Shown: positions 35,530 through 48,404, counted from the first letter of the stretch. The stretch is 64,000 bases of DNA from Patescibacteria group bacterium (GCA_041645215.1 JBAZQK010000001.1:118091-182090); one strand, 5' to 3'. Numbers and translations: made by a program. Notes: generated from the letters alone by a model not told the origin.

Positions 35530-37323
35530 TTATATCCGTTCCAAATGTGAGAATAGTTTAGCTGCTTTTTTATTACCTAAGATTTTTTCCAATTTGTCCA
35601 AGCTGGCCAGGCGCAAATTCTTTAAATCACCAAATTCTTGTTTTAATAGTTTTTTGGTTTTTGGACCCACGCCCGGGAGTCCATCCAAACCGGATTTAAG
35701 ATTGCGCCGGCGGTGAGTTTGGCGGTAAAAGGTTATGCCAAAGCGATGAGCCTCATCACGCAATTGTTCCAGCAATAGTAGTCCCGGATTATTTGATTTC
35801 AATCGTAGAGCAGACTTTTTGTTTGGCCGGTAAATTAATTCTTCGGCTTTAGCCAGCGCGATAATTGGCACGGTCACACCGTAGCTATTTAAGACTTTTT
35901 GTACTGTTGACAGTTGCCCGGCGCCGCCATCCAGCATAATAAGATCGGGTTGCGGCCAATCAAGATTTTTAGTAAAACGACGAGCTATCACTTGTGCCAA
36001 CATAGCAACATCGTTAGGCGTGGTAAGGCCTTTGATTTTAAAATGACGATAAGATTTATTATCCAGTAAGCCATCAGTCATTACTACCATGGCGCCTACG
36101 GCATTTTGGCCTTGGATGTTGGAAATATCATAACCTTCAAGGCGCTCGGGTAGTTTGGATAAATTGAGCGCTTTTTGTAAGGTTTTCAGACCGCGGCGCG
36201 CTCGGACTGATTGGCGTTCCCAGCTGGTGCGGCTTTGTTCCAAAAAATTTTGGGCGTTAATGGCGGCCAATTTGACCAAGTTGCGTTTGTAACCGCGCTG
36301 GGCAACTTTTATTTTAATTTTTCCAATGAGTTTGGTTTGGACTTTAATTGGCAGATAAACTGCCGACGGCAGATTAGTAGCCAGACTATAGTATTGCGGC
36401 AAAAAATCTTCCCAAATTTCTTCGGCTGGTAAACCACGAGTGTGTTCCAGTAGAAAATTTTGAGTATCAAGCAGGGCGCCACGGCGAATTGGCAAATGGC
36501 AAACCGCGGCTAAGTCCAAATATTGATACAAACCAAAAATGTCAAAACTGCTTGGTTGTGGGCTAAGGGCGCTTTGTTTAATAATAATTTGTTCCAGAGA
36601 TTTAATCTGGTCGCGTTGTTTAGCCGCCAGTTCAAATTTTTTAGCCGCGGCCGCTCGGCGCATAGTTTGCTTAAGTTCGTTAATAATTTGTTCGGTTTTG
36701 CCTTGTAATATTTTTTCAGCTTGTTTTAGTGAACGCCGGTAGACTGACTTGCTTTGGGGCGCGAAGTTATGCCCCAGGCAACGCCCGAGGCGGGCGGCAA
36801 AACAAGGTTTGTCCGGCGGGTTAGGGCAGGTTTTAAGGCCAAAGATTTTTTTAAGCAAATAAAAAGTACGACGGGCGGCTACCGCCGAAGTATAAGGACC
36901 AAAGTATTTTATGCCTTTAATTTTAGTGGTGCGCTCCAGGCTTACTTCCGGCCAGTCGGTACGATAGTCAATCGCCAGGTAGAGCCAGCTTTTATCATCT
37001 TTTAAAACCACATTATAAGGCGGACGGTATTGCTTGATTAAATTACTTTCCAGCAGCAAAGCTTCGGTTTCATTTTTTACTCTTATGGTCTCGAGACTGG
37101 TAATTTCTTTGACCATGGTTTGTTTGGCCGGACTTAGCTTAGCCCCGCTGTGAAAGTAAGAATTTACTCGGGCATAGAGCGATTTAGCCTTGCCCACGTA
37201 AAGCAGTTGTTCGGTTTGGTTAAAAAACTTATATACACCGGGTGCGGCCGGCAGTTTGCTCAACTGGCGTTTAAGAACGAGATTCATATCTTTGATGTTA
37301 ATATAAATTGTTTTATTTACCAA
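35530..37323 (-). CDS. uvrC: Excinuclease ABC subunit C
   Basis: N-terminal GIY-YIG (PGVYKFFNQTEQLLYVGKAKSL), UvrBC and RNaseH-like/HhH C-terminal regions; 597 aa. Confidence 0.9.
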   Translation of the reverse strand: MVNKTIYINIKDMNLVLKRQLSKLPAAPGVYKFFNQTEQLLYVGKAKSLYARVNSYFHSGAKLSPAKQTMVKEITSLETIRVKNETEALLLESNLIKQYRPPYNVVLKDDKSWLYLAIDYRTDWPEVSLERTTKIKGIKYFGPYTSAVAARRTFYLLKKIFGLKTCPNPPDKPCFAARLGRCLGHNFAPQSKSVYRRSLKQAEKILQGKTEQIINELKQTMRRAAAAKKFELAAKQRDQIKSLEQIIIKQSALSPQPSSFDIFGLYQYLDLAAVCHLPIRRGALLDTQNFLLEHTRGLPAEEIWEDFLPQYYSLATNLPSAVYLPIKVQTKLIGKIKIKVAQRGYKRNLVKLAAINAQNFLEQSRTSWERQSVRARRGLKTLQKALNLSKLPERLEGYDISNIQGQNAVGAMVVMTDGLLDNKSYRHFKIKGLTTPNDVAMLAQVIARRFTKNLDWPQPDLIMLDGGAGQLSTVQKVLNSYGVTVPIIALAKAEELIYRPNKKSALRLKSNNPGLLLLEQLRDEAHRFGITFYRQTHRRRNLKSGLDGLPGVGPKTKKLLKQEFGDLKNLRLASLDKLEKILGNKKAAKLFSHLERI

Positions 37324-37490
37324 TGTTTTTATCGTAGAGTGGCAGGATTAAATCTAAATATTACTCTATGTAGGCAGGCAAATTTAGTGTTTTTGGCCAG
37401 GTTGTCATCTTTTATTTTTTGGTTTTAACCTTAAACCTTGACTTGGCTTGACAGGCGGAGTATAATTGAACCTAACTTTGTGCCATTTTT

Positions 37491-40439
37491 ATGACTAAGA
37501 CAAACGCCAAAAATAAACTTGCGCCAGCCGATAGTTTTAGCAAAAAGAGCAAGCAGTCTTCAGTGGGCAGTTTTTCAGCAATGACTCGGAATGGAAATCA
37601 GATTGTAATTCACGGAGCGCGGGTTCATAATCTAAAAAATATTTCTTTGACTATTCCCCGCGATAAGTTGGTGGTGATTACCGGTTTGTCCGGTTCCGGT
37701 AAATCATCGTTGGCGTTTGATACTATTTATGCCGAAGGTCAGCGTCGTTATATTGAATCATTGTCGTCTTACGCGCGTCAGTTTTTAGGCATGATGGATA
37801 AACCGGACGTAGACCAGATTGACGGTTTGTCGCCAGCTATTTCTATAGACCAGCGTTCCACTTCACATAACCCGCGTTCCACCGTCGGTACGGTTACGGA
37901 AATTTATGATTACCTAAGATTGTTGTACGCTCGCGTTGGCATACCGCATTGTCCCGGTTGCGGTCGTGAAGTTAGCCGACAAACAATTGATCAAATAGTA
38001 AAACGTTTAAACACATTACCGGCCGGCACGCCATTATCGTTGTTGTCGCCGGTTGTGCGCGACCAAAAAGGTGAGCACAAAGGAACGATTGCCGAACTCA
38101 AAAAAGCCGGTTATGTCAGATTACGTTTTGATAACAATTTTATGTCAATTGAGGAGGCCGAGGATTTACGAGTTGATAAACAAAAAAAGCATTCCGTAGA
38201 AGTGGTGGTGGATAACGTGGCCGTGTCCGCCGATAATGATGACATTAGTCGTTTAGCCGATTCTTTGGAAACGGCCCTTGAGCTGGGAGATGGCATTATT
38301 AAAGTTTGGCGACAAGATACCAGCGAGGAAATGCTTTTTAGTCAGCATTTTTCCTGCCCGCATTGCCAGATTGATTTGCCTAACATTGAGCCGCGCAGTT
38401 TTTCATTTAATTCTCCCTACGGAGCTTGTGCCGCCTGTACCGGCTTGGGCACAAAATTGGAGATTGATCCGGACTTGATTATTCCCAATAAGCGACTGTC
38501 AATTGCCGAGGGCGCGATTCGTCCCTGGTCGCGCACCGCCGTTAATCAAACTTGGTATTACCGTATTGTGGAGGCGGTGGCCCGGGCGTCTAATTTTTCC
38601 TTAACCGTGCCGGTACAAAAACTTTCGGCCAGTGATTTAAAAATAATTTTGTATGGCACCGGCAACCAAACTTATAATGTTAATGCGGGGGCTGACCAGA
38701 ACGGCAAGGCCCGGGAATTTTACACCGCTTTTGAAGGCGTGATTCCCAATTTGGAGCGGCGCTATCGTGAAACTGAATCAGACTATATTCGCGCGGAAAT
38801 TGAGCGCTATATGCGGATTTGGCCTTGTCCGGTTTGTCGGGGCCGTCGCCTTAAGGCGGAAGTATTAGGGGTTACGGTTAACAAAATCAATATTTCCGAA
38901 TTGACCAAAATGTCAATTACGGAGGCCTTAGGATTTTTTTTGAATTTGGGAGGCAAGGGTATTTTGACCGAGCGGAATTATAAAATTGCCCGCCAAATAA
39001 TTAAGGAGATTAAGGAACGGTTAAGTTTTTTATTTGATGTTGGTCTTGATTATTTAACACTTGATCGGCCAGCGGCTACTTTAGCCGGCGGCGAGGCCCA
39101 GCGTATTCGCTTAGCCACCCAAATCGGTTCGTCTTTAATGGGGGTTATTTATATTTTGGATGAGCCGTCAATTGGTTTGCACCAGCGCGACAATGCAAAA
39201 TTAATTGCCACCTTGCGTCGTTTACGGGATTTGGGTAACACCGTGATTGTGGTGGAGCATGATTATGAAACAATGATGGCGGCTGACCAGTTAATAGATA
39301 TCGGACCCGGGGCCGGCAAGCACGGCGGCGAAGTAGTGGCGCAAGGTACGCCCCAGGAGGTGGCTAAAGTCAAACAATCTTTGACCGGCCAGTATTTGGC
39401 CGGTAAGTTAATGATTTCCACCCCGGTAAAATATCGTCTTGGCAACGGCCACAAATTATCTATCAAAGGCGCGGCCGAATTTAATTTAAAAAATATTGAT
39501 GTTGATATACCCTTGAGTAAATTAGTTTGTATAACCGGCGTTTCGGGTTCGGGCAAATCAACCTTGATGACGGAAATATTATCCAAGGCTTTGGCGCAGC
39601 ATTTTTTTAACGCCAAGGATATTCCCGGTAAACATAAGGCCATTACCGGTTTAGAAAATATTGATAAGGTAATTAGCATTGATCAGTCGCCGATTGGACG
39701 TACGCCGCGTTCCAATCCGGCAACCTATACCGGGGTTTTTACCTATGTTAGAGATTTGTTCGCTCAATTACCAGAGGCCAAGATTCGCGGTTATGAGCCG
39801 GGCCGCTTTTCGTTTAACGTTAAGGGCGGCCGCTGTGAAGCTTGCGAAGGTGACGGTTTGGTGCGCATTGAAATGCATTTTCTGCCTGATGTTTATGTGG
39901 AGTGCGAGGAATGCCATGGCAAGCGTTATAATCAGCCGGCTTTGGAAATTCATTATAAAGGCAAGAATATAGCCGATATTTTGGAAATGACGGCCGAAGA
40001 GGCTATGAATTTTTTTAGCAATGTGCCGATTATTCACGACAAGTTAAAGGTTTTGTGCGAGGTTGGTTTGGGTTATATTCACTTAGGACAAAGTGCCACC
40101 ACGCTGTCGGGCGGTGAAGCCCAGCGTATTAAACTGTCCACTGAATTGTCGCGCCGTTCCACCGGCCGCACCCTTTATATTTTGGATGAGCCGACTACCG
40201 GGCTTCATTTTGAGGATGTGAGAAAGCTTTTACAGGTGTTAAACGAGTTGGTGGACCGGGGCAATACCGTGCTGGTGATAGAACATAATTTGGACGTTAT
40301 TAAATCAGCCGACTGGGTGATTGATTTAGGCCCGGAAGGCGGCGACAAAGGCGGCGAAGTGGTAGCCACCGGCACTCCGCGCGATGTGGTTAAGGTTAAG
40401 ACCAGTTACACCGGCCAGTGGTTGAAGAAGGTGTTGTAA
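37491..40439 (+). CDS. uvrA: Excinuclease ABC subunit A
   Basis: Two ABC ATPase modules ([18 protein letters not shown]), Zn-finger Cys clusters, 982 aa. Confidence 0.95.
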   Translation: MTKTNAKNKLAPADSFSKKSKQSSVGSFSAMTRNGNQIVIHGARVHNLKNISLTIPRDKLVVITGLSGSGKSSLAFDTIYAEGQRRYIESLSSYARQFLGMMDKPDVDQIDGLSPAISIDQRSTSHNPRSTVGTVTEIYDYLRLLYARVGIPHCPGCGREVSRQTIDQIVKRLNTLPAGTPLSLLSPVVRDQKGEHKGTIAELKKAGYVRLRFDNNFMSIEEAEDLRVDKQKKHSVEVVVDNVAVSADNDDISRLADSLETALELGDGIIKVWRQDTSEEMLFSQHFSCPHCQIDLPNIEPRSFSFNSPYGACAACTGLGTKLEIDPDLIIPNKRLSIAEGAIRPWSRTAVNQTWYYRIVEAVARASNFSLTVPVQKLSASDLKIILYGTGNQTYNVNAGADQNGKAREFYTAFEGVIPNLERRYRETESDYIRAEIERYMRIWPCPVCRGRRLKAEVLGVTVNKINISELTKMSITEALGFFLNLGGKGILTERNYKIARQIIKEIKERLSFLFDVGLDYLTLDRPAATLAGGEAQRIRLATQIGSSLMGVIYILDEPSIGLHQRDNAKLIATLRRLRDLGNTVIVVEHDYETMMAADQLIDIGPGAGKHGGEVVAQGTPQEVAKVKQSLTGQYLAGKLMISTPVKYRLGNGHKLSIKGAAEFNLKNIDVDIPLSKLVCITGVSGSGKSTLMTEILSKALAQHFFNAKDIPGKHKAITGLENIDKVISIDQSPIGRTPRSNPATYTGVFTYVRDLFAQLPEAKIRGYEPGRFSFNVKGGRCEACEGDGLVRIEMHFLPDVYVECEECHGKRYNQPALEIHYKGKNIADILEMTAEEAMNFFSNVPIIHDKLKVLCEVGLGYIHLGQSATTLSGGEAQRIKLSTELSRRSTGRTLYILDEPTTGLHFEDVRKLLQVLNELVDRGNTVLVIEHNLDVIKSADWVIDLGPEGGDKGGEVVATGTPRDVVKVKTSYTGQWLKKVL

Positions 40440-40448
40440 AATTAAGCC

Positions 40449-40482
40449 AACTATAACCCGTTCAAGCGGGTTATAGTTGTTG
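40449..40482 (+). terminator. Rho-independent terminator after uvrA, followed by TTGACA -35 at 40483
   Basis: AACTATAACCCG-ttcaa-GCGGGTTATAGTT then GTTGTTG. Confidence 0.65.
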
Positions 40483-40584
40483 TTGACAAATTGTGGCTTA
40501 GGTATTAAAGTAAAATGAAATTAAGTTAAAAAATGTTCATTAACTAATTAGAAAACAAAACTACTAAATAACAGGGAGATTAAA

Positions 40585-41271
40585 ATGAAAACGTTATGTT
40601 TAGTTATATCGGGTGGATGGTTGTTTATTGCGTTTATTCTGTTTTTAGTTTTCTTCTTCACAGGTATTGTATTAATTTATAGCTTTATAGTTGCTAAAAC
40701 TAAAGTATGGCCTAAGTTGATTTGGGGGATGTCTTTATGGACTGCCGCCTTGGTCATTGTAGTTGCCATTATATGGTTATGGACAAACTATCCCCCATGT
40801 CGTATAAGGTTATTTCAGAACGAAGTGGCGTTATTAAGAACAGGGGAAAATTTGTACAAATTTCAAAGTGACGCAACTGTGTTTACCAATGAAAAATGTA
40901 TTATTTTTCCTAACAACGCCGGGATATCTTATGGTGATGTTAAGGTTAAGTTGTCATCAGCGTTAGAAAAAATGTATAAAAACAAGTCAGTGATATTTAA
41001 AGTCTATTTCAATTATTTTTTGGGACCTGACGAGTATTACTCAAAGATAGTTGGGTTAGCCGGTCCTGACGGGCGGTTTACGGAAAATTTGTACAGCCAG
41101 GTTAACGCCTACGCGGATAAATATGAATTAACTGGTAAGGATTGCTCTTGGGAAGTGGAAATGCAAAAATATTTGTCTCCGTATGTTGAAAAATTGGGCC
41201 CTCAATTATTAGTGGTAACATATCACTATTTTGACTCGCCAGTGGCCCGTGGTCCTAATGCGGAAAAATAA
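40585..41271 (+). CDS. Hypothetical membrane-anchored protein
   Basis: 228-aa ORF with two N-terminal TM helices. Confidence 0.4.
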   Translation: MKTLCLVISGGWLFIAFILFLVFFFTGIVLIYSFIVAKTKVWPKLIWGMSLWTAALVIVVAIIWLWTNYPPCRIRLFQNEVALLRTGENLYKFQSDATVFTNEKCIIFPNNAGISYGDVKVKLSSALEKMYKNKSVIFKVYFNYFLGPDEYYSKIVGLAGPDGRFTENLYSQVNAYADKYELTGKDCSWEVEMQKYLSPYVEKLGPQLLVVTYHYFDSPVARGPNAEK

Positions 41272-41344
41272 ATTTAACTAAACCTTTTTGATTAAGCAAA
41301 GCCAGTCTTGAACTGGCTTTATTTTTTGTTAAAAATCGGCTTTC

Positions 41345-41374
41345 TTGTCAATCAGACGAGATAATACCATAATT
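41345..41374 (+). promoter_or_regulatory. Promoter TTGTCA-N18-ATAATT ending 5 nt before ATG 41380 (leaderless transcript predicted)
   Basis: TTGTCA 41345-41350, ATAATT 41369-41374. Confidence 0.4.
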
Positions 41375-41379
41375 AAATT

Positions 41380-42762
41380 ATGACTATCAGTTTAAACCAA
41401 GTACGTGAGTATGGATTTTACTTATTGGTTTTTATATTGCCCTGGCAAACCCGATGGATTATTCGCGACCCTTTAATCGGCGGCGAGGTGTGGGAATATG
41501 GAAGGGTTAGTTTGTATGGGTGGGATATCGTTTTGATTGTATTGTTATTAATTAGTCTGCTAGCGGTTGGGCAGATGGTTAAAAATTTTAAATTTTTAAT
41601 TTTTAATTTTAAATCAAATTTCAAGTGGAGCTTTAAGATTTTTAAAAATCCGGTTTTGGTGTATCTCTTACTCTTGCTCTTTACTTTTACTTCAATCGGC
41701 TGGGCGGGGGATAAGGTATTGACGCTTTATTGGCTGGGACGGATAGCAGAAGTGGGCGCGTTGTGGTGGTTAATTAAATTTATTAAACCGAGGTTGTCAG
41801 TTGTTTGTTGGTCGTTGGTAGCTGCTGGTACTGTGCAAGCCTTGTGGGCCATCGGGCAGTTTATTACTCAATCAACTTTTGCCAGCAAATGGTTGGGTGT
41901 GGCTGTTCATCCCATAACACAATATGGTACTTCGGTGGTTTTAACTGATGCCGGACGGTGGCTCAGAGCTTACGCCGGGCAGGTGCACCCTAATGTTCTG
42001 GGTGGTTTGTTAGTAGTGACTTGTTTGGCGACGATATTGTTAATAAGTAGAATTAAGAATTACGAATTACGAATTAAGAATATAATATTAGTAGCACTGT
42101 ATATAATACAATTAGTTGGTTTGTTTTTTACTTTTTCCCGGGGGGCTTGGTTAGCTTTATTTATAACTTTAGCCGTATTGATAATGTACAATTGTGTAAA
42201 ATATGTCCGGCCGGACATATTTTGTCAGGATGACGATCAGATGGGCTTGAGATTGGGACGGCATTATTTAAAAAAGCGTCTGGCGGTAGTTTTAGGTTAT
42301 ACATTATTGGTGTTTATTACTTTGGGTGTAGTTTTGTGGCAACCGACTGTGGGGCGTATTTTAGGCTACAGCCGTTTGGAGGTTAAATCAGTTGAGGAAC
42401 GCATGGCCAGTGTTCAGGACAGCCAGAAAGTTGCCGCGGTTAACCAGTGGTTTGGCGTTGGCCTAGGAAATTATACGGTGGCTTTGCAAAAAATTATGCC
42501 CAATGAGCGCGCTTATTATTATCAGCCGGTGCATAATGTATTTTTGTTGATACTGGCCGAACTGGGAATAATTGGTTTATTATTGTTTATGTGGTTGATT
42601 GGTTCTATGGTTTGTTTAAAAAAACCATTAGCTATTAGCCATTGGCTATTAGCCGCGGTGCTTATCACCAGCTTGTTTGACCACTATTGGTGGACCATTC
42701 CCTCAATGCTGGTTTTAGGTGGTTTGTGGTTGAGTTTAAGCCAAGCTAGATTAGAGCCATAA
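41380..42762 (+). CDS. O-antigen ligase/polymerase-family (Wzy_C) polytopic membrane protein carrying two in-frame low-complexity insertions
   Basis: FTFSRGAWLALFITLAVLIMY motif; in-frame VKNFKFLIFNFKSNFKWSFKIFKN (41570-41650) and SRIKNYELRIKNI encoded by heptamer block GAATTAAGAATTACGAATTACGAATTAAGAAT (42050-42080). Confidence 0.6.
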   Translation: MTISLNQVREYGFYLLVFILPWQTRWIIRDPLIGGEVWEYGRVSLYGWDIVLIVLLLISLLAVGQMVKNFKFLIFNFKSNFKWSFKIFKNPVLVYLLLLLFTFTSIGWAGDKVLTLYWLGRIAEVGALWWLIKFIKPRLSVVCWSLVAAGTVQALWAIGQFITQSTFASKWLGVAVHPITQYGTSVVLTDAGRWLRAYAGQVHPNVLGGLLVVTCLATILLISRIKNYELRIKNIILVALYIIQLVGLFFTFSRGAWLALFITLAVLIMYNCVKYVRPDIFCQDDDQMGLRLGRHYLKKRLAVVLGYTLLVFITLGVVLWQPTVGRILGYSRLEVKSVEERMASVQDSQKVAAVNQWFGVGLGNYTVALQKIMPNERAYYYQPVHNVFLLILAELGIIGLLLFMWLIGSMVCLKKPLAISHWLLAAVLITSLFDHYWWTIPSMLVLGGLWLSLSQARLEP

Positions 42763-42766
42763 ACAC

Positions 42767-42794
42767 TTGACAGTTTGTAAAAACTTGCTAAAAT
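42767..42794 (+). promoter_or_regulatory. Sigma70-like promoter TTGACA-N16-TAAAAT for groES-groEL
   Basis: TTGACA 42767-42772; TAAAAT 42789-42794. Confidence 0.6.
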
Positions 42795-42798
42795 GCTA

Positions 42799-42825
42799 TT
42801 AGCACTCCATATCAGAGAGTGCTAA
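42799..42825 (+). promoter_or_regulatory. CIRCE operator (HrcA binding site)
   Basis: Exact consensus TTAGCACTC-N9-GAGTGCTAA. Confidence 0.9.
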
Positions 42826-42859
42826 TTTCTACTAAATTTATAATTAACTAAGCCAAAAT

Positions 42860-43150
42860 ATGAAATTAAAGCCATTAGGCGACCATTTAGTGGTCAAAGT
42901 CAATCAGGAGGATAAAACTACTAAGGGCGGCATATTATTGCCCGATACAGTAGATAAAGAAAAACAGGAGACCGGCGAAGTAATAGCGGTCGGCCCCGGT
43001 AAATTGATGGACAATGGTAATCGCGCCGCTATGGAAGTAAAAGTCGGCGATAAGATTTTGTTTAAAAAGTATGCCTTAGATGAGTTTAAATTAGACGATG
43101 AAGAATTCGGCACTTTACAACTCTCTGATGTAATTGCGATTGTTGAGTAA
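42860..43150 (+). CDS. groES: Co-chaperonin GroES
   Basis: 96 aa; KPLGDHLVVK...GGILLPDT...GEVIAVGPG. Confidence 0.9.
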   Translation: MKLKPLGDHLVVKVNQEDKTTKGGILLPDTVDKEKQETGEVIAVGPGKLMDNGNRAAMEVKVGDKILFKKYALDEFKLDDEEFGTLQLSDVIAIVE

Positions 43151-43164
43151 TTTCTAATTCTTGT

Positions 43165-44871
<1,707 letters not shown>

Positions 44872-44930
44872 CCAATAGCTGATAGCTAGTGGCAAATAGC
44901 TAATAGCGTATTATAACTAATAATAATCAA

Positions 44931-44960
44931 CTCCTCCGCTTGTACAAGCGGAGGAGTTTT
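44931..44960 (+). terminator. Rho-independent terminator after groEL
   Basis: CTCCTCCGC-ttgtacaa-GCGGAGGAG-TTTT. Confidence 0.75.
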
Positions 44961-44969
44961 GTATTTAAT

Positions 44970-45121
44970 TAGGATTTAGGCGTTTGGTCCCCATCTTAGG
45001 GTAAGGAAGGAGCTATGAACCATCTAAAAATCGTAACTCCCCCTTTACGGGGGGCTGTACGCCCTAACCCCTCTTTCCGCCAACTGGCGGACTAAGAGGG
45101 GGATGAAGCGCGTGAGTCCTA
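44970..45121. repeat. MITE-like element, copy 2: TAGGATTTAGGCGTTTG ... AAGCGCGTGAGTCCTA; interior hairpins CCCCCtttacGGGGG, CCGCCaactGGCGG
   Basis: Imperfect 17-bp terminal inverted repeat; interior TTCCGCCAACTGGCGGACTA homologous to copy 3. Confidence 0.55.
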
Positions 45122-45162
45122 TTGAAGTCGGTTAATGCTTAATATGCTATAATTTAAACAGT

Positions 45163-45621
45163 ATGGATCAAGCTCAAAAAACCGTTGGTCTAGAAGTTTA
45201 TGGTAAACCAATCAGCGATTATGTTGAATTGGCCGAATGGCCATTCATTATCGCGGCCGGCTTGATTGTTTTGGTTTACCTGATCAGTATTTGGATGGAA
45301 ATGTCCTATTATGGTTTGGTCGTATCTTTGATATTGCTGATACAAATTTTAATCGCTGCCGCGTTGGCTTACTGGCGGGGAGTTTTAAATCATGACACTT
45401 GGCCGCAAATTGTCAGTTTGGCTGTTTTGGTGGGGATGCTAGCCGGTCTGATTTCGGCTGTGGCCGCCCTTATCAGGTTTGGTCGCTTGTGGATGGTTTT
45501 TAATTTAATTACCGAGCCGATTTGGAGCGGTTTGTTGGCGGCCTTAATAAGTTTATTAACTTTAGGTTTTTTTGCTTTGCCCGCGGTGTTGCGCCCGTGG
45601 GCGGGGAAAATTAAAAAATAA
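45163..45621 (+). CDS. Hypothetical membrane protein (4 TM)
   Basis: 152-aa hydrophobic ORF. Confidence 0.4.
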   Translation: MDQAQKTVGLEVYGKPISDYVELAEWPFIIAAGLIVLVYLISIWMEMSYYGLVVSLILLIQILIAAALAYWRGVLNHDTWPQIVSLAVLVGMLAGLISAVAALIRFGRLWMVFNLITEPIWSGLLAALISLLTLGFFALPAVLRPWAGKIKK

Positions 45622-45633
45622 CCATATAATTTT

Positions 45634-45951
45634 ATGATTACCACCCCAATCACTGCCGATGATAAAGTTTATGCCGCTTTATCGTATTTATTTGTGCTGG
45701 CAATAGTACCACTGCTTTTTAAGCGCCAGCGCGAGTTTGTGCAATGGCACGCTCGTCAGGGTTTTTTACTGTTTTTGGCTGAAATTATAATAATGATAGT
45801 GTCGCCAATTCCTGTGCTCGGTTGGTTAGTGGCTTTTGTCGGTTGGTTGGCGGCGGTAGTTTTGACTTTATTGGGTTTAGCCTCCGCTTTAACTGGCAGA
45901 TATTGGGTAATGCCGTATTTAGGTGAATACGCTAAGAAGTTGAAGATTTAA
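45634..45951 (+). CDS. Hypothetical small membrane protein
   Basis: 105-aa ORF with 3 TM helices. Confidence 0.4.
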   Translation: MITTPITADDKVYAALSYLFVLAIVPLLFKRQREFVQWHARQGFLLFLAEIIIMIVSPIPVLGWLVAFVGWLAAVVLTLLGLASALTGRYWVMPYLGEYAKKLKI

Positions 45952-45960
45952 AAAATTTTT

Positions 45961-45989
45961 CTTAATTCATAATTCTTAATTCGTAATTC
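45961..45989. repeat. Heptamer block CTTAATTC ATAATTC TTAATTC GTAATTC 6 nt upstream of ppsA ATG
   Basis: Read directly. Confidence 0.6.
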
Positions 45990-45995
45990 TATCTT

Positions 45996-48404
45996 ATGCC
46001 TAACCGTTCTAAACAGTTCATTCTTAACTTTTCTGAAATTACTATTAAAGACGTGCCGCTGGTCGGCGGTAAGACTGCCTCATTGGGGGAAATGTATCAA
46101 AAGCTGACTAAACAAGGTGTGCGGGTGCCGCCCGGTTTTGCGGTAACGGCTTATGCTTACCGAAAGTTTTTGCGTTCCACTGGCATTGATCGCCAGATAA
46201 AAAAACTTTTACAAGGGTTAGATACTAATAAATTGGCAGATTTAGCTGAACGTGGCCGCGAGGTGAGAAAGACCATTATGCAGGGTGAGTTTCCCCTTGA
46301 ACTCAAACGTGAGATAACCAAAAATTATCGCGCTTTGTCAAAAAAATTAAAAGTTAAAGCGCTGGACGTGGCCATCCGTTCTTCGGCTACGGCCGAAGAC
46401 TTGCCGGACGCGAGTTTTGCCGGCCAGCAGGAAAGCTATTTGAATATCCGCGGCGAAGACGAGGTTTTACAAGCCTGTAAAATGTGTTTTGCTTCGCTTT
46501 TTACCGATCGGGCCATTTCCTATCGGGTAGATAAAAAATTTGACCACTTTGCCGTGGCTCTTTCCATTGCCGTGCAAAAGATGGTTCGTTCCGATAAAGC
46601 CTGTTCCGGCGTTATGTTCACGCTTGATACGGAATCCGGTTTTAGAGATGTGGTTTTGATTAATAGTACTTGGGGTTTGGGGGAGTATATTGTTAAGGGC
46701 GTGGTCAATCCGGATGAATACGTGGTGTTTAAGCCAACTTTTAAACAGGGCTATAAGGCAATTATTTCACAAAAACTCGGTTCTAAGCAGTATAAACTGA
46801 TTTATGCGAATGACCCCAAATCGCCCACCCGGCGAATGGTGGTAAGTGAAGCTGACCGGCAGAAATTCACCCTTAAACCAGTTGAGGTTTTGCAACTGGC
46901 TAAGTGGGGTATGCAAATTGAAGAGCACTACAATAAGCCCATGGACATTGAATGGGCCAAAGACGGAATCAGCAAAGAGCTTTATATTGTGCAGGCCCGT
47001 CCGGAAACAGTTGAGTCTACTAAATCAACTAGCGTGATTGAAAAAGCGATTTTGTCCAAAACTTCTAGAGTTTTGTTAGAAGGTGCGGCGGTGGGCGCTA
47101 AGATTGGCCAGGGTCCGGTGAATATAATTAGGAACGTTAAAGAGATCAGCCATTTTAAGCCGGGCAGCGTGCTGGTGACGGAAATGACCGACCCGGATTG
47201 GGAGCCGGTTATGAAGCAGGCCGCGGCGATTGTCACTAATTCCGGCGGGCGCACCTGCCACGCGGCCATTGTGTCGCGAGAGCTGGGTGTTCCTTGTATT
47301 GTGGGTACAAAAAACGGCACTAGCAAACTAAAAGACGGGCAAAAAGTTACCGTCTCCTGCGCTGAAGGCGAAATTGGTAAGGTTTATGAAGGAATTTTGC
47401 CGTTCAAAATTGAAACCACCAATCTTAAAAATCTACCTAAGACCAAAACCAAGATAATGATTAACATTGGTGAGCCGGAACAGGCCCTGGCCCAGTCGTT
47501 CTTGCCGGTTGACGGCGTAGGGTTGGCCCGAGAAGAATTTATAATTAACAGGTCTATAAAAATTCATCCTTTGGCACTGCTCCATTTTGATAAACTTAAG
47601 GATAAAAAAGCTAAAGCTAAAATTGCCAAACTAACCGCTGGTTACAATAATAAAAGTCAGTATTTTATTGACAAACTGGCTTATGGTGTGGGCGTGCTGG
47701 CGGCGGCTTTTTATCCGCGCGAGGTGATTATTCGTTTATCTGATTTTAAGTCTAGTGAATATGCCGGTTTAATCGGTGGTAAGGAATTTGAACCAGAGGA
47801 ACGCAATCCCATGATTGGCTGGCGCGGCGCCTCGCGTTATTACAGCGCCCAGTACGAAGCTGGTTTCCGTTTGGAGTGCAAGGCCTTAAAAAGGGTTCGT
47901 GAGCAGTTTGGTTTAACTAACCTTAAGGTAATGGTGCCGTTCTGCCGCACCATTGAAGAAGGACAAAAAGTTCTGAAGATTATGGCCAGCGAGGGCTTAA
48001 AGCGTGGTAAAAACGGTTTAGAGGTTTATGTGATGTGCGAAATACCGTCCAATGTTATTTTGGCGCGCGAATTTGCCCAGATTTTTGACGGCTTTTCTAT
48101 TGGTTCCAATGACCTAACTCAATTAATCTTGGGCGTGGATAGGGATTCAGAACTGGTCAGTAAGGTTTATGACGAGCGCAACGTGGCGGTTATGAAATTT
48201 ATCAGCCAGGTTATTCGTGAAGCTCGCGCCGTGGGCGCCAAAATTGGTATTTGCGGCCAGGCGCCGTCGGACTTTCCGGACTTTGCCGAATTTTTGGTGC
48301 GCGAAGGCATAGATTCCATTTCACTTAACCCGGATACGGTGGTAGCTACCAAATTGCACATTGCCAAACTGGAGAAAACCTTGGCTGTCAAGAAACACCA
48401 ATAA
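45996..48404 (+). CDS. ppsA: Phosphoenolpyruvate synthase (pyruvate, water dikinase)
   Basis: 802 aa; PEP-utilising enzyme mobile-domain GGRTCHAAIVSRELGVPCIVGT; N-terminal ATP-grasp-like region. Confidence 0.9.
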   Translation: MPNRSKQFILNFSEITIKDVPLVGGKTASLGEMYQKLTKQGVRVPPGFAVTAYAYRKFLRSTGIDRQIKKLLQGLDTNKLADLAERGREVRKTIMQGEFPLELKREITKNYRALSKKLKVKALDVAIRSSATAEDLPDASFAGQQESYLNIRGEDEVLQACKMCFASLFTDRAISYRVDKKFDHFAVALSIAVQKMVRSDKACSGVMFTLDTESGFRDVVLINSTWGLGEYIVKGVVNPDEYVVFKPTFKQGYKAIISQKLGSKQYKLIYANDPKSPTRRMVVSEADRQKFTLKPVEVLQLAKWGMQIEEHYNKPMDIEWAKDGISKELYIVQARPETVESTKSTSVIEKAILSKTSRVLLEGAAVGAKIGQGPVNIIRNVKEISHFKPGSVLVTEMTDPDWEPVMKQAAAIVTNSGGRTCHAAIVSRELGVPCIVGTKNGTSKLKDGQKVTVSCAEGEIGKVYEGILPFKIETTNLKNLPKTKTKIMINIGEPEQALAQSFLPVDGVGLAREEFIINRSIKIHPLALLHFDKLKDKKAKAKIAKLTAGYNNKSQYFIDKLAYGVGVLAAAFYPREVIIRLSDFKSSEYAGLIGGKEFEPEERNPMIGWRGASRYYSAQYEAGFRLECKALKRVREQFGLTNLKVMVPFCRTIEEGQKVLKIMASEGLKRGKNGLEVYVMCEIPSNVILAREFAQIFDGFSIGSNDLTQLILGVDRDSELVSKVYDERNVAVMKFISQVIREARAVGAKIGICGQAPSDFPDFAEFLVREGIDSISLNPDTVVATKLHIAKLEKTLAVKKHQ

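Noticed and set aside
38111-40037. Internal and antisense ORFs within uvrA (38111..38296, 38278..38478, 39263..39679, 39679..39972, 39768..40037)
   Set aside because: Embedded in a confidently identified 982-aa uvrA reading frame.
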